From NCBI GenBank assembly GCA_963699755.1, contig CAVOVB010000003.1:224001-288000 (forward strand): a DNA stretch of 64,000 nt. The letters are read 5' to 3'. The notes under the pieces are model-generated. The model searched no databases. It worked only from the letters and a program-made list of their open reading frames with translations, and was not told where the DNA came from. This document shows positions 9,516 to 19,573 of the stretch, in pieces; within the stretch, counting starts at the first letter, position 1; each line of letters starts with the position of its first letter. The translations under genes and the position numbers were made by a program. This stretch comes from an uncultured delta proteobacterium. Its GTDB lineage: Bacteria; Myxococcota_A; Polyangia; Polyangiales; Houyiibacteriaceae.

Positions 9516-9581
9516 TCAGAGTCCCGGGTTGACGTCGCGCGCCGAGTTGAAGAGACGATCCGGACACGGTACCTTCGGCAC

Positions 9582-10118
9582 ATGAACCGGCTAGTCCTCT
9601 CCTCGAGCTTGGCTTTTGCGATGGCGATGGTGAGCCGCGCCGAAGCGCAGGAGGGCGTCCAGCAGGGCTCGCAATCTGAGCCCGCGCAATCCCCGCAGAT
9701 CATCACGACTTTGCCCGGCGAGTCGATGGCCTCCGAAGGTTACCCGCCGTCGGGCTTGGGGTACCGCCAAGATGAGCTCGAGGAAGCCAACCGAGGCATC
9801 CGCAACACGCGCAACGCCCTCATCGCAACCAGCGCGGTCGGCCTGGTGGGCATGATCGTCGGCGCCACGGCGTTCAGGCACTGCGAGTGGATCTACTACA
9901 ACGTCAACCGGCCAGACGAGCTGATTTGCACGCAGCGCGGTGATGCCCTCCTCGCTGCCGGAGGGTCGATCTTCGGGCTCGCCGCGGTCGGCATGATCAC
10001 CTCGGGCATCATGCTCGGTGTACGGAAGGGCAAGCGGCGGCGGCTGAACCGCGAGATCCGAAGCCGACAGGGTGCTCATCTCCAATGGAACGTGGAAACC
10101 GCACGCCTAGAGTTCTGA
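9582..10118 (+). CDS. Hypothetical exported/membrane protein
   Basis: Signal peptide (AEA) and two C-terminal hydrophobic segments flanking a Cys pair. Confidence 0.7.
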   Translation: MNRLVLSSSLAFAMAMVSRAEAQEGVQQGSQSEPAQSPQIITTLPGESMASEGYPPSGLGYRQDELEEANRGIRNTRNALIATSAVGLVGMIVGATAFRHCEWIYYNVNRPDELICTQRGDALLAAGGSIFGLAAVGMITSGIMLGVRKGKRRRLNREIRSRQGAHLQWNVETARLEF

Positions 10119-10170
10119 CCCCCGTCCAGGGCACTGGCGCTGGCTCTTACGCGGCTGTAGACCCAAGCTC

Positions 10171-12066
10171 ATGCCCTGGGACATCTTGATCAAGAACGCG
10201 TTGCTCTTCGACGGACGCGCAGAGCTTCCCAGTCATCAGGACGTCGCCGTCGCAGATGGCAACATCGCTGAAGTCGGCCCGGGCCTCGACCCGCGTCAGG
10301 CGAGAGAAGTCGTCGATGCGACCGGCCGCTGGCTCATGCCGGGGCTCTGGGACATCCACACGCACCTCGACCTCGAGGTCGAGCTCGACCCAGGGCTCAC
10401 CGAGGTCGTGCGTCACGGGACGACCACCGCGGTGGTGGCCAACTGCTCGATCGGAGTTCCCTTTGGCCGTCAGAACCGCGATGGACACGACCCCGTCATC
10501 TCCTGCTTCGCGCGGGTCGAGAACATTCCGAAGAGCGTCCTGCGGCGCGTCGCGGGCCGGATCGACTGGGACGGCCCCAGGGCCTACCTCGAGCACTTCG
10601 AGAAGATCCCGCTCGGTGCCAACGTCGTGCCGATGATTCCGCACTCGATGCTTCGGATCGAAGCCATGGGGCTCGAGCGCGCAATCAGCGAAGGCCCAAG
10701 CGAAGCAGATCTCACGAAGATGGAAGCGATCCTCGCGCAGGCCATGAAAGACGGCTACGCAGGCTTCTCGACGGACATGCTCCCATTTCACTACTTGTCG
10801 GACGACCCACACCGCGAGAAACGAATCCCAGCCAACCATGCGCCCTTCCGCGAGGTCAAACGCCTCACCGAGGTCGTTCGTCGCTACGGCCGGGTCTGGC
10901 AGGCGACGCCAGAGAAAGACAAGCCACAGAACGTTCTCCGATGGTTCATGCTGAGCAGCGGCCGCTTCTTTCGGAAACCGCTCAAGCTGACCGCCGTCGC
11001 CGCGCTCGACGTCGTCACGAACCGATCGCTTGCGCGCATGGGCGTAGCCCTCACGCGCATCATCAACTCCCCTTTGGTGAACGGGCGCTTCCGGCTGCAG
11101 GCCTTGGCGGCGCCGTTTCGCGTCTATGCGGACGGCGCGATCACCCCGCTCAGCGAAGAGATCCCGGCGCTCCGCGAGCTCAACGCAATCGACCTCGAGG
11201 ACGCAGAGGCCCGCATGGCCTTGCTGGATGACCCCTCGTACCGCGAGCGCTTTCGGGCGATGTGGTTTTACGACAAGAAGGGTTTCTCCTTGGCCCGGAT
11301 CAAACGCTGGCTCCGGATCATGGACGACAGCTTCAGCCGTGACTTGAGAGACATGGTGATGACCGCGCGCCCTCTGCCGGTCTGGGAGGGAGAGACCCTT
11401 CAAGACATTTACGAGCGCCTCCTCGACTGGCAGGCGCGACCCGCCGGGCGGGGAAGGCTTCGCAGGACGGGCCTAGGTCCCCGCAACGAAGCAGAGGCCA
11501 AGGTGTTCGCGAGCTTCCCGCATCCGGTCGGCGACGATTGCGACTTCTTCCTTCATTTGCTTCGGCAGTTCGACACCAATCTGCGTTGGTACGTGCTCGC
11601 CGCCAACGAGGACGAAGAGCGCCTCTCCCGCGTTCTGTTCGACCCGCAGATGCTACCCGGCTTCAACGACTCGGGCGCCCATCTCAGCAACATGGCCTAC
11701 TACGACGCCAATCTTCGCGGCCTGCAGATAGCCCAACGCCGCTCGATGCGAGTCCTGGCGTATCATGTCGGCCGCCTGACACGCGTCCCTGCCGAGTTTT
11801 GGGGCATGGACGAAATCGTCGGCACGATCGAAGCCGGCCGTAAGGCGGACCTCATCTTGGTCGACCCCGAGGCGCTCCGACGCTACGACAGTGAGGCGAG
11901 CACGATCTTCGAGTACCGCGAGGCCATTGCAGCGGAGCAAATGCTGAATCGCAGTGACGGGGTCGTGACCGATGTTTGGATCGGTGGCACCGCGGCATGG
12001 CGCAACTCCCACGCGACCGAGCAGCTCGGCCGCGCACGCATGGGTCATGCGCTCACGGTCCGCTGA
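10171..12066 (+). CDS. N-acyl-D-amino-acid deacylase-family amidohydrolase
   Basis: DATGRWLMPGLWDIHTHLD, GTTTAVVANC, DSGAH, GTIEAGRKADL. Confidence 0.9.
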   Translation: MPWDILIKNALLFDGRAELPSHQDVAVADGNIAEVGPGLDPRQAREVVDATGRWLMPGLWDIHTHLDLEVELDPGLTEVVRHGTTTAVVANCSIGVPFGRQNRDGHDPVISCFARVENIPKSVLRRVAGRIDWDGPRAYLEHFEKIPLGANVVPMIPHSMLRIEAMGLERAISEGPSEADLTKMEAILAQAMKDGYAGFSTDMLPFHYLSDDPHREKRIPANHAPFREVKRLTEVVRRYGRVWQATPEKDKPQNVLRWFMLSSGRFFRKPLKLTAVAALDVVTNRSLARMGVALTRIINSPLVNGRFRLQALAAPFRVYADGAITPLSEEIPALRELNAIDLEDAEARMALLDDPSYRERFRAMWFYDKKGFSLARIKRWLRIMDDSFSRDLRDMVMTARPLPVWEGETLQDIYERLLDWQARPAGRGRLRRTGLGPRNEAEAKVFASFPHPVGDDCDFFLHLLRQFDTNLRWYVLAANEDEERLSRVLFDPQMLPGFNDSGAHLSNMAYYDANLRGLQIAQRRSMRVLAYHVGRLTRVPAEFWGMDEIVGTIEAGRKADLILVDPEALRRYDSEASTIFEYREAIAAEQMLNRSDGVVTDVWIGGTAAWRNSHATEQLGRARMGHALTVR

Positions 12067-12102
12067 GTTACGTTTCGACGCACGGGCCTACGGTCTATGG
12101 GG

Positions 12103-13500
12103 CTACGGGACGTCGGCCGGGCAGAAGACGTTGGCACAGAGCGTCTTGGTGCAGGCGCCGTCGGTCGCATCGACGCAGATCTCGTCCTGGCCGGGGCGGT
12201 CGCAGATGTAGATCGCATCTTGGAAGACCACGTTCGGCGATTGCGGGCAGTCCAGGGTGATTTCCGGGCAGCTCATGTTTTCAGTGTCCTCGAAGCTACC
12301 AAAGAGCGCGCTCAAGGTGAGCTCTAGCGGGAAGGGTTTCTGGTCGGTGTCCCAGCCGCGCGTTTGGACGGTCGTCCAGTTCTGCCCCGGCGGGATGGTC
12401 GAGGGATTCAAGTTGATGACGTTCAGATTCGGGCAGAGGTTCCGTGCGACATCGCTTGGGCAGTCGATCTCCATGCAACGCTTCGCGTCCGGGAGCTCGA
12501 GACACCCTAGATCACCGTCGCTCACCTCCACGCAAACCTCGACGCGGCCGGGCTCACCGCAGCGAAAGGTCGTTTCGGCCGCGAGCGGGTCCCCGAAACC
12601 GCCCCCTTCCGAGGTCCACTTGAGAGTCAGGGTCTCTGGGAATTCGTCCGGGTCCACCGCCGCGACGGCAATGGCGCTCGTGTCCTCTCCGCGTGGAATC
12701 GGGTTGGGGTCCGCGCTCATGCTTTCGATGATCGGGCAGGTATTTTCCGCTGACTCCCCCGGGCAGCGAACGGACTCACAGAGAGTGTCGCTGCAGACGC
12801 CATCGGAGGCCTCCACGCAGATCGAGATCACGCCGCCGAAATTCGGGTCGCAAGTGTAGGTCGTCTCGCGCGCATTCGGATCGGCGAATGTTCCGTGACG
12901 TGCCGTGAGCGTGGTGGCGAGCGCATTTGGATTGTCGTCAGGGTCATTGGCGACAATCGTAATCGAAGCGGTCCCTCCCTCGGGAACGGTCATCGGGGGC
13001 ATGGGGTCGATCGAGAGGCTCGACACCTCCGGGCATACGTTCTTCGTATCGGGACAGTCTACGACAGTGCAGCTCCGCTCAGAGCACTCGATCGGCTCGG
13101 GGAGGCGAACGTGCGACCGACGAACGTACTCTAGGACCGAAGCGACGCCTGGAACCTCGCTCGGGGTGCCGCTTTCAGGATCCGCATCGACGTACACCGT
13201 CGTGACGCAGATATCGACAGGACCAGAGACGTCATAGGCGCAGGCGTAGGTCGTTTCGCGTGCAAACGGGTCGGCGAACGTGCCGCTAATCGCCGAAAGC
13301 TCGGTCTTGACGACAAGCCCGTCGACGGCCCAGGGCACGTGCACGTCGACGAAGACGCTCGTCTCGCCGAGCCCCTCGGGGATCATCGCGGGATCGGCCG
13401 TGACCGAGCCCTGCGGACAAATGGAATCGCCGCCCCGACACCCGAGGATCAACAGGGCGGAACAAAGCACCGCGGTACTTATCGTTCGGACAACGGGCAT
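12103..13500 (-). CDS. Cys-rich lipoprotein of about 4 tandem Ig/PKD-like repeats
   Basis: Lipobox ILGC; repeated CP...DP...GxFxDPxAxETT(Y/F)xC...GxVxICV...SDG...C units. Confidence 0.85.
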   Translation of the reverse strand: MPVVRTISTAVLCSALLILGCRGGDSICPQGSVTADPAMIPEGLGETSVFVDVHVPWAVDGLVVKTELSAISGTFADPFARETTYACAYDVSGPVDICVTTVYVDADPESGTPSEVPGVASVLEYVRRSHVRLPEPIECSERSCTVVDCPDTKNVCPEVSSLSIDPMPPMTVPEGGTASITIVANDPDDNPNALATTLTARHGTFADPNARETTYTCDPNFGGVISICVEASDGVCSDTLCESVRCPGESAENTCPIIESMSADPNPIPRGEDTSAIAVAAVDPDEFPETLTLKWTSEGGGFGDPLAAETTFRCGEPGRVEVCVEVSDGDLGCLELPDAKRCMEIDCPSDVARNLCPNLNVINLNPSTIPPGQNWTTVQTRGWDTDQKPFPLELTLSALFGSFEDTENMSCPEITLDCPQSPNVVFQDAIYICDRPGQDEICVDATDGACTKTLCANVFCPADVP

Positions 13501-13586
13501 CGGACGCGATCCGTTTTATCAGATCGACCTCCAGATTGCGCTATCAAATCGTTCGGTCTGCAAACCCCAAAACACCTTCAGAGACC

Positions 13587-13602
13587 TGTGAGGCGCATCA
13601 CC
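13587..13602. promoter_or_regulatory. CRP-type box (1 mismatch)
   Basis: TGTGA-GGCGCA-TCACC between divergent lipoprotein genes. Confidence 0.6.
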
Positions 13603-13890
13603 GATCTTCGACGTTACCAAGCGAGCTCCGCGCCTTTTCGATGGGCTTCCTCGGTTACCCCTGCGTACCTTGTATGTGTCCGTTTTCGACTAGTCGCGGT
13701 CGATGCCATGTCCGTTTCCGGCAAGGTCCGAGAAACGAGATTTCCGGCCACTGCGATCTCCAGGAATTGGCGCGACGTCGCGTTGCACGGCACGCTTCGA
13801 CCTCTTGACCTTGAATTGCGTCGCGAAATAGCGACACTTCGGGATTCTTGCGCGAGGCCTCAGTTCCCCATAATCATGGAGTAGACGAAG

Positions 13891-14529
13891 ATGACCGACC
13901 GACACGCTTATTTGACGAACATCTTATTCATCGCGACCTGCCTGGCTGTCGGCTGCACCAGCGGGGGAAACCTCGGCTGCGGCAGTGACAGCGGCAGCAC
14001 GAGCACGCCCAGCCTCGACACCCAGCTGCTTGGTATCTACGGGCTCGACACGTATCAAAAGAGCGAGGACAGCTGCGACAACCTGGTGGACGTGGAAGGC
14101 GCTCCGAGTCGCCTTGCGCTTTACACCGTCCGCGCGACTGACGACCCCAACAAGGCCGTGATGGTGGGCCAGTTCTGCGGCAGTGCGCTCGATTGCCGGA
14201 GGAGGGTGGAGGATTTCCCCCAGCTCTTCAGCTACACGTTCCTGCAGGGGAGCGACGCAAGCGAATGGCAAGGCTGGGGGATCGCGAGCCAGGGAATGGC
14301 GGGCGATGAGTGTCTGGTCGAGGTACAGACCCACGTTCTGACTTCAGATGCGAACCGCGCGATCCGGATCGACACGAAGCAAGTGGAAACGCGGTACGAC
14401 TCGTCCGAGCCAGCGCCGGGTTCCAATGAGGTGACCTGCACCATCAGGGCTGCGATCGCTGCAATCAGCAGCGACTCGCCGTGCACCGTACAATTCCTTC
14501 TCGAAGCGACGTTCGAAGCGGAGCTTTGA
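13891..14529 (+). CDS. Hypothetical lipoprotein
   Basis: GGAG RBS; lipobox AVGC; several Cys. Confidence 0.8.
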   Translation: MTDRHAYLTNILFIATCLAVGCTSGGNLGCGSDSGSTSTPSLDTQLLGIYGLDTYQKSEDSCDNLVDVEGAPSRLALYTVRATDDPNKAVMVGQFCGSALDCRRRVEDFPQLFSYTFLQGSDASEWQGWGIASQGMAGDECLVEVQTHVLTSDANRAIRIDTKQVETRYDSSEPAPGSNEVTCTIRAAIAAISSDSPCTVQFLLEATFEAEL

Positions 14530-14534
14530 GAGAG

Positions 14535-14553
14535 CGCCCGGCCGACTCGGGCG
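14535..14553. terminator. Short hairpin between convergent genes
   Basis: CGCCCG-GCCGACT-CGGGCG, no U-tract. Confidence 0.3.
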
Positions 14554-14556
14554 GGC

Positions 14557-16377
14557 CTACTCGAAGCGGTTGGTTCGTACCTTGTAACCGTTGTCGCTCG
14601 ACTGCTGCCAAATCGAATGCGCGTGGCGACCTTCGTCCACGGCGATCTGGGGAGCGCGCGCCGAGGACGCGAAGTTCTCGATGCGTTCGGCCGAGCTGGG
14701 TACCCAGCTGTTGTCAGGGTCGATCCGATTGGACCAGATGGTTCGATAGCTGTCCCAAATCTGATTCCAGACGACAAAGACGTTGCCGGCTCGGTTGACC
14801 CCGACGCGGGGCGTGGTGGCATCGCCGTCTTCGTTCGGATCATCGTTCGGAGGCTCGATGAGATCTGGCGTACCCCAGCCCGGCCCTGGAGTGTACTCCG
14901 CGACCCAGATGTTCTTGAAAGCGCCGTCGTCCTGCGACCAAACAGCGTAAGCATTCCCATCCCGGTCGACCGCGATGTCGGGGCCTGTCTTGTCGCCGCC
15001 ATCGTACCCGTCGATTCTGGTTGGCTCGGCATCCCACTCGCCTCCCGAAAAGCGAGTGGCGTAGATATCGACGCGTAGCTCGGGAACGCCAGCGCCGCCC
15101 ACGCCGCCCACGCCGCCTACGCCGCCAGCGCCACCGGTGCCACCAGCGCCGCCAGCGCCACCGGTGCCTCCTCCGTCGCTGCGGTTGTCCTGCATCCAAA
15201 TCACCAACGCGTCGCCGTTCGCCCCCACAGCGAGCTGAAAGCCGTCGGCGCTCGTGTCCTCATCCGATTTGATCGCTTGGGCAGTGCCCCAACCCGAACC
15301 GGGCGTATAGCGGTTGGTCCAGAGGACTCTGCCGCCTTCCCCCGCAGGTCCCGCTCGCCGATCCCAGACCGCGATGGCCCCGCCTTGATCGTCCATCCGA
15401 ACCGCAGTTCTGTCCGCCACAGCAGCCGCTGCTGGCGCGTCGATCGTTTCGGCGTCTCCCCAGCCGGTGTCGGGATCATAGCGAATGGCCCGAACGTCCT
15501 CTCGTCCGGTATCGAGGTTGTTCTGCACCCAGACGGCGGTAGCGTTGCCCGAAGGGTCTGCAGCGACCGACGGCAGTTTGGCGCGCGTCACGTCGCCGTT
15601 CTGCAGAAGCGCCGGCGTTCCCCAGCTTCCGGCTTCGACGTCGTAGCGGTTCGCCCAGATCTTCTGGTCGGAGCTCACAAGGTCGCCGCGCTGCCAGACC
15701 GCGAAGCTGTTTCCGGCGCCGTCCGAAGCGACTCTGGGCCGGGTCGCACGGCCGTTGCCGTCGTCGATCGGCTCCGGTTGCTCGCTCCAGAGACCAGTGC
15801 GCGTGTACCGGTTGGCGAAGATGAAGGTATCTCCAAGCCCATCTTCGAGCACCCAGACCGCGACGGCCCCGAGCTGTCCATCGACCGCAATTTGCTGCGC
15901 AGTGGACTCCCAGTTGCCAAGCGGCTCTTCGAGCCATTCGGGCTTCCCCCAGGCGGCGTCGATGGTCTTGAACGTCCACTGGTAGTCTTCTTTGAGGCTC
16001 GTGCCACCGAAGGACTGGAGCTCCGTGGTGACCGTCACCGTGTAGTTAGTGAGAACCTCGAGCGAGTCCTCGGGAACGAGCTCCGCCGCCGTTCCCATCA
16101 CGCCCGGGTCGGCATTCGGCTCGTCCAAGATGCGGACCGTGCTGGGCACCAGCGTGCCGTCTTCGTCGGCGAGGAAGAACGCACCCTGGAGGGTCGCAGG
16201 ATTGATCGCCGCGTTCATCCGAACCGCGACAGTCGTATCGACGATGACGTCTTCGGCGCCGTTTGCTGGAACGATCTGCTCGACTTCGAGGAAGGCAACG
16301 CCGCTGCCGCCGCCTTTGCAGGCGGCCACGAAACACAAGGAACCAAGCAACACAGAAGCAAGCAAACCAAATTTCAT
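14557..16377 (-). CDS. Lipoprotein with Big_5/SbsA-type Ig domain and beta-propeller-like repeats
   Basis: AGGAGG RBS; lipobox VAAC; VPANGAEDV...YTVTVT...YQWTFKT; repeats of VAxDxxGNAxAVW...IWANRY...GWG. Confidence 0.85.
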   Translation of the reverse strand: MKFGLLASVLLGSLCFVAACKGGGSGVAFLEVEQIVPANGAEDVIVDTTVAVRMNAAINPATLQGAFFLADEDGTLVPSTVRILDEPNADPGVMGTAAELVPEDSLEVLTNYTVTVTTELQSFGGTSLKEDYQWTFKTIDAAWGKPEWLEEPLGNWESTAQQIAVDGQLGAVAVWVLEDGLGDTFIFANRYTRTGLWSEQPEPIDDGNGRATRPRVASDGAGNSFAVWQRGDLVSSDQKIWANRYDVEAGSWGTPALLQNGDVTRAKLPSVAADPSGNATAVWVQNNLDTGREDVRAIRYDPDTGWGDAETIDAPAAAAVADRTAVRMDDQGGAIAVWDRRAGPAGEGGRVLWTNRYTPGSGWGTAQAIKSDEDTSADGFQLAVGANGDALVIWMQDNRSDGGGTGGAGGAGGTGGAGGVGGVGGVGGAGVPELRVDIYATRFSGGEWDAEPTRIDGYDGGDKTGPDIAVDRDGNAYAVWSQDDGAFKNIWVAEYTPGPGWGTPDLIEPPNDDPNEDGDATTPRVGVNRAGNVFVVWNQIWDSYRTIWSNRIDPDNSWVPSSAERIENFASSARAPQIAVDEGRHAHSIWQQSSDNGYKVRTNRFE

Positions 16378-16438
16378 AAGACCTCCTGAACGACCCGCGA
16401 CACCTGTGATATCACAGCTCTCGCGTCGCTGCATGGGT

Positions 16439-19321
16439 TCAGCGGCGACGGCGTGACCGTCGAACGGCGAGCCCGGCGACCAAGATGAACATCAGCGCGG
16501 CCAGATTGCCTTTGCTCGATGCGCCGATGCGACTTGCCGCACAGGTGACCGTGTCGTTGAAATCGAGCAGCGTGTCGTTGTCGCGATCGATGCCCATGCG
16601 CCTGCCCGAGCCCGGTGGCACGCAGGTGAAGGTCACCGCCTGCCCGGGCTGCTGCGCGGCCGTGAGCAACTGTGCCTTCGTCCAGAGGGAATCTCCCACC
16701 AGGTCGCTCTCGAAGTTGTTTCCGCCGACGTAGAGCCAGCCGCGTTGTTCGTCGTTGACGACGCCCTTGGCGATCAAATCGCACTCTTTGACATCGCCGA
16801 GCGTGGGATCGGTATAGTACGTCGCATTCGCGCGCTGAATGAGCAGGTCGACGCGTGCAAGCATCGCCGAGCCGGTGTTGGCGGTCACGGTCGTCTGCTG
16901 GCCGACGATCGGCGCCAGGTCGCTGTCGAACTCCATGATCAAGGCCTCGAGGTTGCGCTTCTGGGTCGTGTTCAGGTTGAACACGTCGGCACTCAGGAAA
17001 TTGAACACGGTCGAGACGCCGCCATCATGTAGGAAGCCGGTGCCGCGAACCTGGTCCCCCATGAAGGAGCCATCGATGTTCGTGAAGAAGTCGGACGGCG
17101 CCTGACCGAACATGCCAACCTTCTGATAGGCGTTGCGGAGGTGCGCCACCTTGAACTCCATCTCCTCGTTCTCGAAGGTCGAAAATCCGGCGGTCCCAAA
17201 GAAACCCTGCGAACGATCGAAGTGGTGACAGCCCCGACAGGCAGCTACCGTGTCGGTGAGCGGCCCGTTCGCCGGGTTCCCCTGCGCATCGAAGCCAAAG
17301 GTGATCTTACCGGAGGCGGCTGCCGGGCTTAGCGAGTTGTCGAGCGCGCGGATTGGGTTCGGCGGGTAGGTGAGCTCAAGCACGAAGTCGGTGAAGTTCT
17401 GCATATCGGCCGGATCGAGCTCCCCTTCATCGCGCCCGATCAAGCCCGGGAAGGCCACGTTGAACTCGTTGAAGGCACGGTTGGCGCATGCCGGGTCCGA
17501 AGGTGTCGTTGCGCACTCGGGTCCCGTGCGGTCGCCTCGCCAGTGCATCGGCCCAGCCTTGGCCATGCCGCGGAAGCTCTGCGTCGTCATCGGGCCCTTG
17601 AGCGGGTCGAAGTCCTGGAGTCCCGGAAGGAAGCCGAGCAGGGGGAATTCGTTCGTCGGCGGTCTGGGATTCGGGTTTGCTGTCGGCGAGGCATCGGGAT
17701 CGCCGAGGTCCCAGGACAGGTCGTCCATGTCGCCGAAGACGTGACAGCCGGCGCAGCTGGCTTCGCCATTGCTGGAGGTGAGCTTGGTGTCGTAGAGGAA
17801 GTCACGCCCGGTCTTGATGAAGAGTGGCTCGGGGTTGTATCGGCCCGCGCCGATCGTGACGAAGCGGTCGCTCAGCCGGACGCTGTACACGGTATTGGTG
17901 CGGCGGCTCGATACCCAGAGAAAGCCGCGCGCTTCGTCCAGGACGAGCCCGGTCGGGCCCTCGATCGGAATCATGTTGGCGGCGCTCGGAACGAAGGTGT
18001 CGTTTTCGAGTTGCGCGGTGTCGTAGATCGCCACGGTGTTCGAGCCGAAGCCTGCCACATAGAGCGTCGTTCCATCGCTGCTGACGGCCATGTTCAATGG
18101 GGTGGCGATGCTCTTTTCTTTGACGCCCGCAGGAACGGGGCTGACGCCGTACGGTATGTGCTTGTTGAGGTGCCGTGGGGTGACGTTGCCCTGCGCGTCG
18201 ATGACGGTGATTCGGGCCTGATGCAAATTCCCGCGTACCGTTGCTGGGTCACCGGAGGGCTTGGGGCCGAGCTGATTGACGTAGTCGCCAAAGCCTTCGA
18301 ATCGAACCCGGTTTTGCGCGTCGGTGTTCGTGACGTAAAGCTTTCCGTTCGCCGGATTGACGATCATGTTGAAGAGGATCGTGCCGACGCCCGAAAACGA
18401 TTGGATCTCGCTCGGAGTCGCTGCGTTCGCATCGATTTTGAACACATCCAGGTCGGGGAGAGAGAAGCGGACGGCGGGGTTCCAGTTGTTCCCCATCTCG
18501 TCTTCCCAGCGACCGTTGGCTTCGTTGTAGCCGACGATGATTCCCGTTTCCCGGCTGGTGATGCCTTGGAAGTTGGTTTCCGGAAGCGGACGGCCGGCCG
18601 GGTAGGTCGTTCCCTCGATGTTGCAGGGGGCGGAGCCGTTGCAGACGAGGCCCTCGTTGATGGTGACGGTCCGATTCCCCGAGCGGTACACCGCGGCGTA
18701 GACCGTCGAGCCGTCGGGGGACGCGGTCAGCGCGCGAGGACGGTCGCCGAAGAGCCGGATGACCGTGAGCGGATTGCCTTGGAGCGAAGAGCCGAGATTG
18801 TTTGCATTGAAGACCCACACATCTGCACGACCTGTGCCCGGCACGTCATAGTCCCCATCGGGCCAGGGTGTGTTCTGTCCGCGGTGTGCAGTCGCGATGA
18901 AAGCACGGTTCCCGCCGGGACCCGCGAAGACGATGCCGCGAGGCTCATCCCCGACCAGCAGCGTACGGACGACGCGCGGTGGGTCGGACGCGACGTCGAC
19001 GACGCTCACGCTGTCCGAGAGATGATTGACCACCCAGACCTCGGAGTCGTTTCGCACGGCGACGGAGACCGGCTCGAGGCCCACGGGCACCAAGGCCAGG
19101 CTGGTGAGCCTCCCGGCCGGCGTCGGTTCGAAGATCTCCAAGGTGCCGTCCGGCGTATTGACCGCGAAGAGGCGAGTGCCGTCGGGCGACATCGCGATCG
19201 GAGTCACCGGGTCCGACTCGAAAAGGGTGTAGGGGGATAGCTGTGCAGCGGCGGGCGCTGGCTGCAAGACGGCGATCGGACACAGGACGAGAATCAGGAC
19301 CAAGAGATCGAGCTTGCGCAC
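16439..19321 (-). CDS. YVTN/YncE beta-propeller fused to di-heme cytochrome c peroxidase-like domain, with C-terminal sorting tail
   Basis: GGAGG + GTG start; signal peptide (AAA-Q); SPDGTRLFAVN and VGLEPVSVA repeats; CAGCH and CRGCH; tail CAAS...hydrophobic helix...RRSRRRR. Confidence 0.85.
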   Translation of the reverse strand: MRKLDLLVLILVLCPIAVLQPAPAAAQLSPYTLFESDPVTPIAMSPDGTRLFAVNTPDGTLEIFEPTPAGRLTSLALVPVGLEPVSVAVRNDSEVWVVNHLSDSVSVVDVASDPPRVVRTLLVGDEPRGIVFAGPGGNRAFIATAHRGQNTPWPDGDYDVPGTGRADVWVFNANNLGSSLQGNPLTVIRLFGDRPRALTASPDGSTVYAAVYRSGNRTVTINEGLVCNGSAPCNIEGTTYPAGRPLPETNFQGITSRETGIIVGYNEANGRWEDEMGNNWNPAVRFSLPDLDVFKIDANAATPSEIQSFSGVGTILFNMIVNPANGKLYVTNTDAQNRVRFEGFGDYVNQLGPKPSGDPATVRGNLHQARITVIDAQGNVTPRHLNKHIPYGVSPVPAGVKEKSIATPLNMAVSSDGTTLYVAGFGSNTVAIYDTAQLENDTFVPSAANMIPIEGPTGLVLDEARGFLWVSSRRTNTVYSVRLSDRFVTIGAGRYNPEPLFIKTGRDFLYDTKLTSSNGEASCAGCHVFGDMDDLSWDLGDPDASPTANPNPRPPTNEFPLLGFLPGLQDFDPLKGPMTTQSFRGMAKAGPMHWRGDRTGPECATTPSDPACANRAFNEFNVAFPGLIGRDEGELDPADMQNFTDFVLELTYPPNPIRALDNSLSPAAASGKITFGFDAQGNPANGPLTDTVAACRGCHHFDRSQGFFGTAGFSTFENEEMEFKVAHLRNAYQKVGMFGQAPSDFFTNIDGSFMGDQVRGTGFLHDGGVSTVFNFLSADVFNLNTTQKRNLEALIMEFDSDLAPIVGQQTTVTANTGSAMLARVDLLIQRANATYYTDPTLGDVKECDLIAKGVVNDEQRGWLYVGGNNFESDLVGDSLWTKAQLLTAAQQPGQAVTFTCVPPGSGRRMGIDRDNDTLLDFNDTVTCAASRIGASSKGNLAALMFILVAGLAVRRSRRRR

Positions 19322-19500
19322 GATGCACCTCCACGACGGGTATGAAATGAAACGGACCAAGTAAGGTGATGACCCTATCACCATCGGCCGGGTCGCGCCA
19401 AGCGCGTCAGCATCGACTCTCCGGGTCGCTGCACCATTTGCCGAAACGCCCCTGAAGCGGGGGCCGTCAGGCCTGACTCGGACGGACCCGTTGGCGCTCT

Positions 19501-19573
19501 TAAACGCAAGAACCCGCGCACCTGAGCACGCGGGTTCTTGCAGTGATGCTGCGCCTAGGCAGCGCTGGTCGGG
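19501..19573 (-). terminator. Conserved two-hairpin 3' element / terminator, copy 1
   Basis: 13-bp stem GCAAGAACCCGCG/CGCGGGTTCTTGC (19506-19541) plus GCTGC/GCAGC hairpin (19548-19563). Confidence 0.75.

Noticed and set aside
13771..13782. Palindrome CGCGACGTCGCG and nearby TTGGCGCG as a sigma54 promoter
   Set aside because: GG-to-GC spacing is not 10, and GC-rich palindromes of this length are unremarkable at this composition.
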